The position numbers and the translations under genes are program-made. From a virus, in the IMG/VR virus record IMGVR_UViG_3300035670_000114, positions 22,867 through 86,866 of that record: 64,000 bases of DNA; one strand, written 5' to 3'. Below are positions 47,831 to 57,667 of the stretch, in pieces. The first letter of the stretch is position 1. Each line of letters starts with the position of its first letter. The notes beneath the pieces are model-generated. The model was given only the letters and a program-made list of their open reading frames with translations. It was not told the origin of the DNA and searched no databases.

Positions 47831-48033
47831 CCCTCCACCTATCAAGAGCCGACCGCATCTCCGTCGCGAAAGCCAAGGCAGTTCGATGTCGGATGCGAAC
47901 CCGCTCCTACAGACGCTATCGTTCGGCACTCGATGCCTTCGTTGCTGGCCTAAAGGCCGATGGCGTCTGGGAATCACTTCGTTCGGCCTACGTCTTCATG
48001 GGGCCCACTCAACCCGGCACGCTGCTCAAGTGA
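47827..48033 (+). CDS. Hypothetical protein
   Basis: GTGA coupling. Confidence 0.4.
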   Translation: MTLHLSRADRISVAKAKAVRCRMRTRSYRRYRSALDAFVAGLKADGVWESLRSAYVFMGPTQPGTLLK

Positions 48034-48197
48034 ACCCGCTCCTCCTGCTCTGCTGGCCACTCTATGCGGCTCTCGGGGTTGGCCTGATCCTTGGCGCCCT
48101 GCTCGGAACACGCCTGGCCTACCTCGCAATACGTGACCTGATGGACCACCGGCCGGATCCGTGATACCCTAGGTGGAGTTCACGCCGCATTCACCAA

Positions 48198-48662
48198 ATG
48201 TCCAGCGCAGACCACTTCGAGTTCGAGTACAACTCCATTAAGGTGCCTTATCCGTCCTCTGACCAGCTCAAGGGCTGGATTGCTAGTATTCACCGTTTCC
48301 ATCAACCGCCAAACGACATTCAAGTAGCTCAGCACGTTTCCCGCCTGACTGTCCAATTAGCTACTCCACTGATCGCCGACCAAGAGCTTCAATTTTGCTG
48401 CGAAGAAATCGAGAACCTTGAAGGCGTCAGCGTTGCCGAAAACTTGCACGCCTATCGCCGACCGACAGTAAGGAATCACGCAGACTCAGCCCTCGCCGTT
48501 CTAGCAGGGCTTGACGCTAACGAAGACCAGAAGCTAGTGATCTCGCGTGCCATTCATGCGCTGCGCCAAGCCGCCGAAACTCGGCAAAGGGTCCCCAGTT
48601 GCACTTTTAATGAGTCTCGCGTAAACTTTGGCTGCCCGCCCTTGGGCTCCACACCCTTCTAG
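48198..48662 (+). CDS. ADQEL..CC family protein 2
   Basis: ADQELQFCC...RRP. Confidence 0.55.
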   Translation: MSSADHFEFEYNSIKVPYPSSDQLKGWIASIHRFHQPPNDIQVAQHVSRLTVQLATPLIADQELQFCCEEIENLEGVSVAENLHAYRRPTVRNHADSALAVLAGLDANEDQKLVISRAIHALRQAAETRQRVPSCTFNESRVNFGCPPLGSTPF

Positions 48663-48666
48663 CACC

Positions 48667-49248
48667 ATGTCAACCCTTTACGGCCCACTGCACCAGATTC
48701 AACGCGAAGCCGGTTACCTTCGCTTCCCGTTGCCCGACCTGTCAACTTGCACCGAGCCCGAGCTCCTTGCGCTGGCCCGCGACTTTCAGGAACGAGTATT
48801 GCTTATCCATACCCCGGCGATGGCCATGGTGGAGATTGCGGTGGCAGAGCTTGAGTCAGCTCCTACCGGCACCTACGACCTGAAAGCCACCACCGCCACC
48901 CTGCCCGAGCCTGACGCGACTGTGTATCGCAGCGTACAGGCATGGCGCGAGGATCTCTACGCGGGCGATCTGTTCCGCGTCATTGACGCCGGCCTAGGCG
49001 CTGGCGGCTGGCGTTCGCCCACCATGCGGCAGAAGTACGCGATGGCGATCTTTGATGCCCTCACCTACAGCGGCTGGCGCGGTGGCGGCAGCCTGTGCCG
49101 CGTCCTCACCGAGGCGTTGCCGATTCAGCCGGTACCCGAGGCTAACTACTCGCTCCCGCGTGGGTGGTTCTGCAGCAGCCAATTCAAGGCTCACGCCAGA
49201 AGGCTTCGCCCGCAATACCTGCAGATAGCCGCGCAGGTTCTGGCTTGA
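48667..49248 (+). CDS. Hypothetical protein
   Basis: Codon bias. Confidence 0.55.
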   Translation: MSTLYGPLHQIQREAGYLRFPLPDLSTCTEPELLALARDFQERVLLIHTPAMAMVEIAVAELESAPTGTYDLKATTATLPEPDATVYRSVQAWREDLYAGDLFRVIDAGLGAGGWRSPTMRQKYAMAIFDALTYSGWRGGGSLCRVLTEALPIQPVPEANYSLPRGWFCSSQFKAHARRLRPQYLQIAAQVLA

Positions 49249-49300
49249 CGCCACGGCCCGCCGGAGCCCATCCTGCGCCCCATCCCATCGCATCTCACCC

Positions 49301-49741
49301 ATGAACAGCGTACGTGAGGCAAACGTCTCGGATTGGAGTCATATCGAAAACGGCTCCTTGATTAACGCTAAGACACCTTACTCTCTGTATCGTGCGCTGG
49401 TCGAGCTTCGCGCCCGCGTCGAAGCGCTGGAGGCGGCTAATCAATCGTGGAGCAAAAAGGCAAGCAGGCTTGCTGAAGTCGCTAAGAGTGTGTCTACAAA
49501 AGTGGCGGCCGTGGACAGGCTCCGTGCTCCTGCCGTCGAGCCCCGGTCTGAGGGGTTAGTGAAGATAGTTGCTGATGTGTTTCTGAGTGCGAGGTTCACC
49601 GCCGATGACTCAGTTGGTGCCCGCGCCGTGCTCCGTCAAATTGCCATCAACGCTCGGGCGCGAGATCTTGACGGTAAAGCCCGCCTGGTGACATGGGCGG
49701 GCGTCGCTCAGTGGCTTGAGCAGGAGGCCGACAATGGTTGA
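49301..49741 (+). CDS. Hypothetical protein (ELRARVEALEA family)
   Basis: Motif. Confidence 0.55.
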   Translation: MNSVREANVSDWSHIENGSLINAKTPYSLYRALVELRARVEALEAANQSWSKKASRLAEVAKSVSTKVAAVDRLRAPAVEPRSEGLVKIVADVFLSARFTADDSVGARAVLRQIAINARARDLDGKARLVTWAGVAQWLEQEADNG

Positions 49742-50003
49742 ACTGGCTATCGCATTTGTCGCTGGCTTCGCGGTAAGGGTGATGATTCACCTCCTGGTTC
49801 GCGGGCGGAAGCGTTACCACTGCGATAGCAATGGGCTGCTCATTCCTCCACCCGATGTTGCAGCAGCAATCAATCGACGGCTGGATCGGGACATCGCTGC
49901 TGAGCTTGATCGACGTCGGCAGCAGCGCAAAGCTACCACACAGCCTTCCCGGGCCCTTGACCCTCTGTCATCCCTGGTTGACGAAATAACAGAGGTCGAG
50001 TAG
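49734..50003 (+). CDS. Small membrane-anchored protein
   Basis: N-terminal TM. Confidence 0.45.
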   Translation: MVELAIAFVAGFAVRVMIHLLVRGRKRYHCDSNGLLIPPPDVAAAINRRLDRDIAAELDRRRQQRKATTQPSRALDPLSSLVDEITEVE

Positions 50004-50052
50004 GCTCGTAGCTGTGCATATCACCCCACCCCCATCCCAACACAGCACTCCA

Positions 50053-50469
50053 ATGCAATTCGACAACATCAGCGTGGGCGACGAAGTCCTTATTCGATCA
50101 ACATCTTGCTCTATTGGATGGGGTATTGTTGAGTTTCCGGGTGAACTGAAGAGTGTCCAGAAGGTCACCCCGACTCAGTTTGTCGCGGGAGACATTCGCT
50201 TTCGTAAAAGCGGCCTCGAAATAGGGTCCTGCCGTAGGAGGGCGCTACCTGTCACGCCCGAACTACGGCAAAAGGTGGTCACCGCTTCGGCCCTGATAGC
50301 CGCCGACAATCGAGTTCATGGCTTGCTCAAAGTCACGGAAGACAGGCTTAACGCATTCAGGGGCGGGGTACGTCGCGACCCCAAGACCCACGACCAAGCA
50401 CTAGCCACCCTGCAGCAAATCTCCGACCAACTCGAAGCCATCGCCAAACTGCTTCCCCCTTCTCCATGA
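50053..50469 (+). CDS. Hypothetical beta-barrel protein
   Basis: VGDEV...VTPTQF...RFRK.G. Confidence 0.55.
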   Translation: MQFDNISVGDEVLIRSTSCSIGWGIVEFPGELKSVQKVTPTQFVAGDIRFRKSGLEIGSCRRRALPVTPELRQKVVTASALIAADNRVHGLLKVTEDRLNAFRGGVRRDPKTHDQALATLQQISDQLEAIAKLLPPSP

Positions 50470-50933
50470 CCGCCAGTCCCACCTACACGGCCACATTTAA
50501 CCGCAACCAACTGCGCGTGATCATGCAGGCCCTTGACGCCTACCAGCGCCTGCAGATGGGGCAGATCGACGAGCTGGCGACCGTGCTGCCCGTCAAGCAT
50601 GGCGCCGACTGGAGTCGGGTGCATGGAGCCATCGAAGCCTTTGGGCGAGCCGTGGCCCCCTCACTCATCAGCGAAGTCGGCACCGGGGGTCGCTTCCTGG
50701 GCGTTGGTCGGGAGGGACTGCCAGCCGACAACGCAGTCGCCTACGACATCCGCCGCGTCATCGAGCACCACCTCGCCTGGGAGCGAGCCGTCGAGCAGGG
50801 CCTGGTCGAAAGCGTGGACTCGCCACGTGATTTCTCTGCTATGATGACCGTCGACTACGACCGTCCGGCCCACTACGGCTCCGAGCCGCTGCCGACGATC
50901 GCCCGCAACCAATCGCTACCCAACAAGCCGTGA
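50466..50933 (+). CDS. Hypothetical protein
   Basis: AL..Y.RL.MGQ motif. Confidence 0.6.
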   Translation: MTASPTYTATFNRNQLRVIMQALDAYQRLQMGQIDELATVLPVKHGADWSRVHGAIEAFGRAVAPSLISEVGTGGRFLGVGREGLPADNAVAYDIRRVIEHHLAWERAVEQGLVESVDSPRDFSAMMTVDYDRPAHYGSEPLPTIARNQSLPNKP

Positions 50934-51679
50934 CGACGCAACCCCTGGCTCGCGAACTTGACCAGATCGACCTGCCCAAGTGGGCCATTTGCGACGTCGA
51001 CGGCCCTTCGGTGACGCCCGTGCAGGCGAACGAGATCCTGGTTCGCACCAGGCCCGTGTACATCGACAGCAATGATAAGTCGTTTGCAAACGAAGTCGAC
51101 GCCATCTACTACCGTGCCCACCCGCTGGGCCGTCAATTCAAGGGCGAGTGGTGGCGTGACACCAGTAACTTCCAGGACATCCAGGCCTACCACGAGGCCA
51201 TGGGCCTACTGGACATTTACCACCTCGCCAACCACAGGGAGTGCTCCGCCTACATCGGCGGCCCGCATGGCTGGTGCGACTGGGATGGACGGATCCATCA
51301 GCGCGAAATCCGCGTTGGCAAGTGGCCTAACGTGAGCGAGGTCTACGACGATTGGCGTCAGGTGGCCGAGGCCTTCCCCTGGCTTTCGTTGGAGTGCCGC
51401 CTGATGGGGCACGACAGAGAGGACCCCGAGGATCCCGACGTGGAGATCCCGCAGATCGCGGTTGTCTTCGAGGTTGCTGGCGGCGAGGTGCGGGCCCGTC
51501 GCCCCGAGCAGGCTGACCACGACAAGGTGCAGGCTTCCCCAGACATTGACATCGACGCTTTTGTAGCAAGACTTGCCGGCGGCCCATGGCTTGAGCGTGG
51601 CGTGACGTTGTCCCGCTGGAGCGAAGCCTGCCTGCAGGTTGCCGACAAGATGGTCGCCCTTAACACCGGGAAGCCCTAG
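50930..51679 (+). CDS. Conserved phage hypothetical protein
   Basis: LPKW...Q..EILVRT...GGPHGWCDWDG...GKWP. Confidence 0.65.
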   Translation: MTTQPLARELDQIDLPKWAICDVDGPSVTPVQANEILVRTRPVYIDSNDKSFANEVDAIYYRAHPLGRQFKGEWWRDTSNFQDIQAYHEAMGLLDIYHLANHRECSAYIGGPHGWCDWDGRIHQREIRVGKWPNVSEVYDDWRQVAEAFPWLSLECRLMGHDREDPEDPDVEIPQIAVVFEVAGGEVRARRPEQADHDKVQASPDIDIDAFVARLAGGPWLERGVTLSRWSEACLQVADKMVALNTGKP

Positions 51680-51880
51680 GGTCAGGAACACTCACCCAAC
51701 CGAGTCCGTCCCATGCCTTCAGAGCTCTCCGTCGACGCCGCCATCGTAATCCTCCTGCTACCCGCTATCGTCACGGTGCTGCTCGGCGTTCGCGCCATGG
51801 TGCTCGACCTGGCCGACGACGGCCTGCGTCAGGCCACCCAAAGCCACCGCCGCCGCTAACCCCCCACACCCGCCAAACCC

Positions 51881-52240
51881 ATGCCCAGATCCATCGAGCA
51901 TCCCGAAACCACGCTGGTGTACGACTACCAGGCGAAGACCGTGGAGCTCTACACGACGTCGCGTTCGGCGTGGCTGCGGGCCATCGAGAGGAACCCGCAG
52001 TACCTCAAGGCCGAGGAGCTCAAGCCTGGCTACCGCCTGGAGTACGACCTGGCGGAATTCCGCTCGCCCGAGTCGGCACTACGTCGCCGGCCCGGTGGGC
52101 TGGAGATCAAGCTGCAGCACATGACCGAACGGGAGCTTGAGATCCGAGAGGCGACGCTGGAGCGCCTACGTCTCAGGCCGCTGGAGGGCAACCCGGCGAA
52201 TCAGGCTCCCAGGAAGCCTGCCGCGCAACCTTGCGGCTAG
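51881..52240 (+). CDS. Hypothetical protein
   Basis: Codon bias. Confidence 0.55.
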   Translation: MPRSIEHPETTLVYDYQAKTVELYTTSRSAWLRAIERNPQYLKAEELKPGYRLEYDLAEFRSPESALRRRPGGLEIKLQHMTERELEIREATLERLRLRPLEGNPANQAPRKPAAQPCG

Positions 52241-52282
52241 CGCCCGCCTGCTCTACACTGGTGGCACACTCGACCGCCTCCA

Positions 52283-52768
52283 ATGACGAGCAACCCGCAG
52301 GCTGAGTCCAATCCGCACGACTACGCCTGGCCGACGCTGCACGACTACCGCGAGGCCGGTGGCGGCCAGTCTGGCGATGGCGTCGACCCCTTTGCGCTTG
52401 GATGGACGCTGGCTCGCATGACGAATGCCGACCTGCAGGTTCTCGCCGACGAGGACAAGGAGGGCGACTCCGAACCGCCTGACGACAAGCCGACGGCACA
52501 CTCCCTGCTGGTGCGGGCCCGCGATCGACTGCTGCGTAAGGATGGCGTCACGCGAGAGTCGGCCGACACCGAGCTCGGCATGCTGCTCGACCACTTCCTG
52601 CGGACCAACAACTGCTGGATGGATGAAGGCGACGCCGCTGTGCCCTCGACCTGCGTGCTGGACGACGGGCGTCCCGAAGACTGCCTGGTTGCCTCGATGC
52701 TTGTCTCCCGGGGCGAGAGCAAGGGGGCCTGCCCCTACTGGAATGCGGGGCAACCCATCAAGCCTTAA
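52283..52768 (+). CDS. Hypothetical protein, Cys-rich C-terminus
   Basis: CVLD...DC...CPYW. Confidence 0.55.
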   Translation: MTSNPQAESNPHDYAWPTLHDYREAGGGQSGDGVDPFALGWTLARMTNADLQVLADEDKEGDSEPPDDKPTAHSLLVRARDRLLRKDGVTRESADTELGMLLDHFLRTNNCWMDEGDAAVPSTCVLDDGRPEDCLVASMLVSRGESKGACPYWNAGQPIKP

Positions 52769-52854
52769 CTGGCGCAAGGTGAGGTTATCGACACCCGAGG
52801 TTGACCACATTTCGCTGCGGGCCTACCCTTGTGGTGTTGCTTCACCCCTTCCTG

Positions 52855-53088
52855 ATGGATTCCTTTGACCTGCTGCCCTCGCTGCTGACGGCGCATCTCC
52901 TCATGAGCAGCATGGGCGGCGGCCTGTCGCTCGCCTTGCGGGACTACCCCCTGGTGCTGATCTGGTTGATCGTCGCCGTCTCGGGCGCCGTCTTCCTGGT
53001 GACCACTGCGGTCTCCTGGCTGCTAGTGTGGGCAGCGGCGGTGTGCGTCGTGCTTTGGGCCGCGTCCAAGTACAGCACGCCCGACTAG
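52855..53088 (+). CDS. Small membrane protein
   Basis: Hydrophobic. Confidence 0.5.
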   Translation: MDSFDLLPSLLTAHLLMSSMGGGLSLALRDYPLVLIWLIVAVSGAVFLVTTAVSWLLVWAAAVCVVLWAASKYSTPD

Positions 53089-53259
53089 GTGTTACCACCC
53101 TCTACAACAACTCCACCGTGGCCTTCATCCTCCCATCCTTGTCGATCAACCTGCTCCGCCGCCAGCCTGCTACGCGCAAGCATCACGACACCAGTGGCCT
53201 GATTTCGCGCATCGAGATTCGCGATGGCGGCACCGCTGTCGTGCGGCCGGCGACCACCA

Positions 53260-53508
53260 ATGCCTGACACTCGACCAACGCTCCCCGCCGACGTGCCGCG
53301 TTGCTCTGGCGTGGGCTACGAGGAGGACGGCGAGCGCTACTGGCGCGAAGGCTGCTACGAGTGCTTGCGGCGGGTTGGACCGGAGGACTTCGGCAGCTAC
53401 ACCATGATGTCGCCGCCGTCCATTGTCGTCTTCTTTTGCGAAGGCCTGATCGAGGCATCCGACCTTGATGCTACAATTCGTCCGTTCCCGCAACCACCTA
53501 CCAAATGA
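53260..53508 (+). CDS. Small Cys-containing phage protein
   Basis: DVPRCSG...CYECLRR. Confidence 0.55.
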   Translation: MPDTRPTLPADVPRCSGVGYEEDGERYWREGCYECLRRVGPEDFGSYTMMSPPSIVVFFCEGLIEASDLDATIRPFPQPPTK

Positions 53509-54026
53509 AGTTGACGCCCGTCCATGTTCGCCTTGACGATGACAAGGCTTACTTGATCAATGCTTGCCAGGTTTTACGCGAAGAGGTCGGCGACAAACCT
53601 TGGTATTACTGCCATGGACACCCAAGTTGGCGCGAAGAGGACAATCGGCGTGTCTGGTTCCTGGAGCCGCCGACGTCTAGTGACGCCAATGATAATGGTT
53701 TCGTGTACGCCGCCGACGACCGTGAGCAGATCCTTCGGCTTGCTGGCCTGGATCCGGCCGCCGCATCCGTCGAGCCCGCCGCCCCTCCGCACAGCCTCTC
53801 GGATCTCTGCGACCTCTTAAACCACCTTCGCGACAAAGTTGGCCACACCAAGGCGAAGCAAACGAAACTGTCGTTTCTGGCGCAATTCGACGAGGGCGAC
53901 TTCAAGGAATGCAGTCTTATGGACGTGAGGTTTGCGAACAACCAAAGCCCCCTGCCTGGCGAAAGCCTGATCTACATCGAGGCGCCCGTTCCGGCGGTGG
54001 TGCTGGTTGTCGACTGCAAGCCTTGA
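53505..54026 (+). CDS. Hypothetical protein
   Basis: ATGA coupling; TGCTACAAT upstream. Confidence 0.55.
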   Translation: MKLTPVHVRLDDDKAYLINACQVLREEVGDKPWYYCHGHPSWREEDNRRVWFLEPPTSSDANDNGFVYAADDREQILRLAGLDPAAASVEPAAPPHSLSDLCDLLNHLRDKVGHTKAKQTKLSFLAQFDEGDFKECSLMDVRFANNQSPLPGESLIYIEAPVPAVVLVVDCKP

Positions 54027-54063
54027 AACGACTCCCCTGCCCCCTCGCCCACCTATTCGACTA

Positions 54064-54327
54064 ATGGCCAACACACGCCTGCCAGCCCTCATGTACAGCC
54101 CGGGGCCAGACGAGGATGCGCAGTCGCCTGAGCGCATCTTGTCGTTGCTGGGTGTTTCGTGTTCGCGGAACATCAGGTTGGCACAAGGTGGCGCCTGGCT
54201 CTTTGTCGACTGCTGCTTTGTGCCCTCGCCGTTGCCAGCGAGGTGCGCCCTCGTTGGCGCCCAGCAGGCGGAAGTCATCCTCACCCACGCCGAGCGCCAC
54301 CAGTCGCCGACTTCCACCGCCGCCTGA
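54064..54327 (+). CDS. Hypothetical protein
   Basis: Plausible ORF. Confidence 0.4.
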   Translation: MANTRLPALMYSPGPDEDAQSPERILSLLGVSCSRNIRLAQGGAWLFVDCCFVPSPLPARCALVGAQQAEVILTHAERHQSPTSTAA

Positions 54328-54352
54328 CGGCAGCCCCGCTCCAGGGTGCTAG

Positions 54353-54396
54353 GATCACGGGTACGGGCTCAAACCCGCTCACCCGTGATCTTTTTT
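54353..54396 (+). terminator. Hairpin plus T6 abutting the next ATG
   Basis: GATCACGGGT...ACCCGTGATC followed by TTTTTT then ATG. Confidence 0.6.
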
Positions 54397-56382
54397 ATGC
54401 CTGACTTCCTGCCATTCGCCGAAGCCGTCAACCGCCGGCTCAAGGAGCTGACCGAGTTGCCGGGGCCCTCCAGGTTGCTTCGCGTCGATGCGCCGAACCT
54501 GTTCGACACCTACCTGGCGGCCTTCCCCGAGGGCACGAACCCCATCTTTCGCGAGCGCACTCACCACGACTGCAACTGCTGCAAGCAGTTCATCCGCAAC
54601 CTGGGGTGCGTGGTGGTGATTCGGGACCACCGGATTCACACCATCTGGGAGTCCCTAGGTGAGCTGCCGGAGCCCTACGGCGAGGTCGCCAGGGTGATGG
54701 ACATCGCCGTGCGGTGGAGCCCGATCTTGGGGGCCTACTACAGCAAGGAGGCCAGCTTCGGCAAGCGCAGCACCATCGAGGTGCCGCAGGATGCGACGCT
54801 GCCGACCATCACGTGGAACCACTTCTGGGGGGACGTGCCGGCGACGTCGGTTTGCTGCAACCCGGGCGAGAAGATCGGCAGGGCGGCCGACGCCTTCCAG
54901 GTACTGCGGCGGGGGCTGCAGCAGATCAAGTTGGAGCACCTCGACCTGGTGTTGGACCTGATCGACAACAACAACCTGTATCGGGGGCAGGAGCATCGGC
55001 AGGCGGTGCAGGGCTTCCGCGACCTGCTGCAGGCCTGGGTGGCGCTCGGGGGCGTCTACGAGGTCGACCTCTTTGCGTGGGAGCACGTCTTCTCGCCTCA
55101 CGCCTGCTTCCGCAACACGGTGATCGGGACCCTGCTGGTTGACCTGGCGGAGGGCCTTGAGGAGGAAATCGCCGTGCGTCGCTACGAATCCAAGGTGGCG
55201 CCCACGAACTACAAGCGGACGTCGGCCGTCATCACGCAGTCGATGGTGCAGCGGGCCGTTCAGCAGATCGAGCTACTGGGGCTCAAGGATGCTATTAACA
55301 GGCGATTTGCGCGTCCTGCGGACGTCAGCGTCAACGATGCCCTGTTTGTCGACAGAAGCATTGCCGGGGCCTTCAAGGACGGAATCACGTCCCTGCTGCA
55401 GGAGGAGGCGAAGCCGCCGAAGCTGGGGCAGCCGGAGAACATCACCATTGACGAATTCCTGGCCAAGAATCCCAAGCGGGTGGAGGTCGTACTGGAGCGC
55501 CCGCAGTTGAGCAACTTCGTCAGCCTGACGGCACCCGTGGACCCGGGTAGCGGCGTCCTGTTCCAGTGGGACAACGGCTTCGCGTGGAGCTACGACGGCG
55601 ACGTGGCGGACTCCATCAAGGAGCGGGTCGCCAAGGCTGGCGGCAACGTGGTGGACGCCAAGCTGCGGGTTTCGCTGGCGTGGAACAACTTCGACGACCT
55701 CGACATCCACTGCTTCGACCCCCGGGGGCTCCACATCTACTACGGAAACAAGCTTGACGTGCTTGACGTCGACATGAATGCCGGCCACGGCACCACCCGC
55801 GAGCCGGTCGAGAACCTCAGTTGGCGGGAGCCCGAGGATGGCGTCTACAAGATTGTGGTCAACCAGTTCTGTAAGCGGGAGAACGTCGACTTCGGCTTCC
55901 GGCTTCAGGTTGAGTCGAGCGGCGTTGTCCACGAGTTCGCCTACCCGCTGGCGGTAGCTGGGGAGGTGCCGTGCCTGCTGCTTACCGTCAGCGGTGGGCT
56001 GGTCACCGACCTGCAGGTGCTGACGCCAGCCATCGCCGGTGGCGTACTACATGGCGAGAAGTGGGGGATTCGGACCAGGTTGCCGGTGCGCGTCAACATG
56101 ATCACCCGGTCGCCCAACCACTGGGATGGTGCCGGCGGCAAGGGGAACCTGCATTGGTTCTTCTTCTTGGATGGTTGCCGCAACCCGGAGCCAACCCGGG
56201 GCATCTACAACGAATTCCTGCGCACCGACCTGCTGCCGCATCGGAAGGTGTTCGAGGTGCTTGGCGCCAAGACCAAGTGTGAGCCCACGGAGGAACAGCT
56301 TTCTGGGGTTGGCTTCTCGTCGGCCAGGGGTGATACAGTGGTCGCGGTGGCCGACCGCCGGCCGTACCGCATTCATTTCTGA
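54397..56382 (+). CDS. Large conserved phage protein with YfaP/DUF2135-like domain
   Basis: HDCNCC, VAP.NYKR, DLDIH...LDVDMN...PVEN, NEFL. Confidence 0.75.
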   Translation: MPDFLPFAEAVNRRLKELTELPGPSRLLRVDAPNLFDTYLAAFPEGTNPIFRERTHHDCNCCKQFIRNLGCVVVIRDHRIHTIWESLGELPEPYGEVARVMDIAVRWSPILGAYYSKEASFGKRSTIEVPQDATLPTITWNHFWGDVPATSVCCNPGEKIGRAADAFQVLRRGLQQIKLEHLDLVLDLIDNNNLYRGQEHRQAVQGFRDLLQAWVALGGVYEVDLFAWEHVFSPHACFRNTVIGTLLVDLAEGLEEEIAVRRYESKVAPTNYKRTSAVITQSMVQRAVQQIELLGLKDAINRRFARPADVSVNDALFVDRSIAGAFKDGITSLLQEEAKPPKLGQPENITIDEFLAKNPKRVEVVLERPQLSNFVSLTAPVDPGSGVLFQWDNGFAWSYDGDVADSIKERVAKAGGNVVDAKLRVSLAWNNFDDLDIHCFDPRGLHIYYGNKLDVLDVDMNAGHGTTREPVENLSWREPEDGVYKIVVNQFCKRENVDFGFRLQVESSGVVHEFAYPLAVAGEVPCLLLTVSGGLVTDLQVLTPAIAGGVLHGEKWGIRTRLPVRVNMITRSPNHWDGAGGKGNLHWFFFLDGCRNPEPTRGIYNEFLRTDLLPHRKVFEVLGAKTKCEPTEEQLSGVGFSSARGDTVVAVADRRPYRIHF

Positions 56383-56390
56383 GGTGCTCC

Positions 56391-56801
56391 ATGTCGCAAT
56401 CGCAAGACCTTTTCTTGGAGGCCACGCGCCTTCACCTTCGCTTTCCGTCGTCCCGTGGTGAGCTGACCACCGAAGATCTGTGGGACGTGCCCCTGCGGGC
56501 GCCGGGTCGTGACTTCAGCCTTGACTTCATCGCCAGGGAGCTGCATCAGCAACTCACCCAGGCTGGGCAGCCTTCCTTCGTGGACGACGAGAGTCCGGCG
56601 ACTGGCCGGCTTTCGCTGCAGCTTGAGGTCGTCAAGGCCGTCATTGCCGTCAAGAAGGAGGCCCAGACGGCGAAAGAGCGGCAGGCCGAGTTGGAGGCTC
56701 GTCGTCGACTGCTCAAGCAGGCCGTCAAGGCCAAGGAGGAGGAGTCGCTGACGGCGATGTCCCTGGCGCAGCTCAGGGAGGAGCTAGAGCGTCTGTCCTG
56801 A
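56391..56801 (+). CDS. Conserved partner protein (LRF..RG.LT.EDLWD.PL)
   Basis: Motif plus C-terminal coiled coil. Confidence 0.7.
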   Translation: MSQSQDLFLEATRLHLRFPSSRGELTTEDLWDVPLRAPGRDFSLDFIARELHQQLTQAGQPSFVDDESPATGRLSLQLEVVKAVIAVKKEAQTAKERQAELEARRRLLKQAVKAKEEESLTAMSLAQLREELERLS

Positions 56802-57022
56802 TGGAGCACTCGCATGCGTCAAGGCTTGCCTTTGCCAGCCTGCTTGGTTGGCCGGAGGCGGACCGCTACCCGGCGCTGCGAGGTGGGGCCTGCTGCAGGA
56901 GTGCGCACCGTGGTCGTTCGACCGCTCGCGCACTTCACTCTTCGAAGTTGGCGTATGGCTGCATAGGGTTTCGCCTCTTCGCCACGTGCTACAGTCCATG
57001 TTGTCTTTCGCAAATCGCTTCT

Positions 57023-57667
57023 ATGTCCACCACCACGCAAACCTGGGCCAAGGTTGGGCGCCAGTTGACCGTTGCGCTGCCCGACGGCGTTGAGCTCGTC
57101 CTCCTGGAGATTCCTGCCGGCGAATTCCTGATGGGTTCGCCCGACAACGAGCCGGGGCGATACGCCGACGAGGGGCCGCAGCACAAGGTCGTCATCGACA
57201 AGCCCTTCTACCTGGGCGAGACGGAGGTGACGCAACGGCAATGGCGCTCGATTGCGGCGCTGCCCAAGGTCAAGATCGACCTCAAGCCCGACCCCTCCCA
57301 CTTCAAGGGTGACGACCTGCCGGTCGAATCCATCAACTGGCACGAAAGCCAGGAGGCCGCCGCCCGTGTAGCCGCCTACACCGGCCTGGGCTTCGGCCTG
57401 CCGTCTGAGGCCAAGTGGGAGTACGCCTGTCGGGCGGGTACCACGACCCGCTACTACACGGGTGACACCATTACGAGCAACGACGCCAACTTCGACGACT
57501 CGGCCAATGGCGGGGTCTACCGAGCCAAGACCACGCCGGTTAAGACCTTCAAGCCCAACCCCTGGGGCCTGTACGACATGCACGGGAACCTGTGGGAGTG
57601 GTGTGACGACGACTGGCATCCGAACTACAACGGGGCGCCGACTGACGGCAGCTCCTGGCGCGACTGA
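57023..57667 (+). CDS. FGE-sulfatase (SUMF1/CLec-fold) domain lacking C-terminal RGGSW...GFR segment
   Basis: IPAGEFLMGS, EGPQH, VTQ.QW, LPVE, LPSEAKWEYACRAG, NPWGLYDMHGN.WEWC; frame is open back to 56801. Confidence 0.88.
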   Translation: MSTTTQTWAKVGRQLTVALPDGVELVLLEIPAGEFLMGSPDNEPGRYADEGPQHKVVIDKPFYLGETEVTQRQWRSIAALPKVKIDLKPDPSHFKGDDLPVESINWHESQEAAARVAAYTGLGFGLPSEAKWEYACRAGTTTRYYTGDTITSNDANFDDSANGGVYRAKTTPVKTFKPNPWGLYDMHGNLWEWCDDDWHPNYNGAPTDGSSWRD

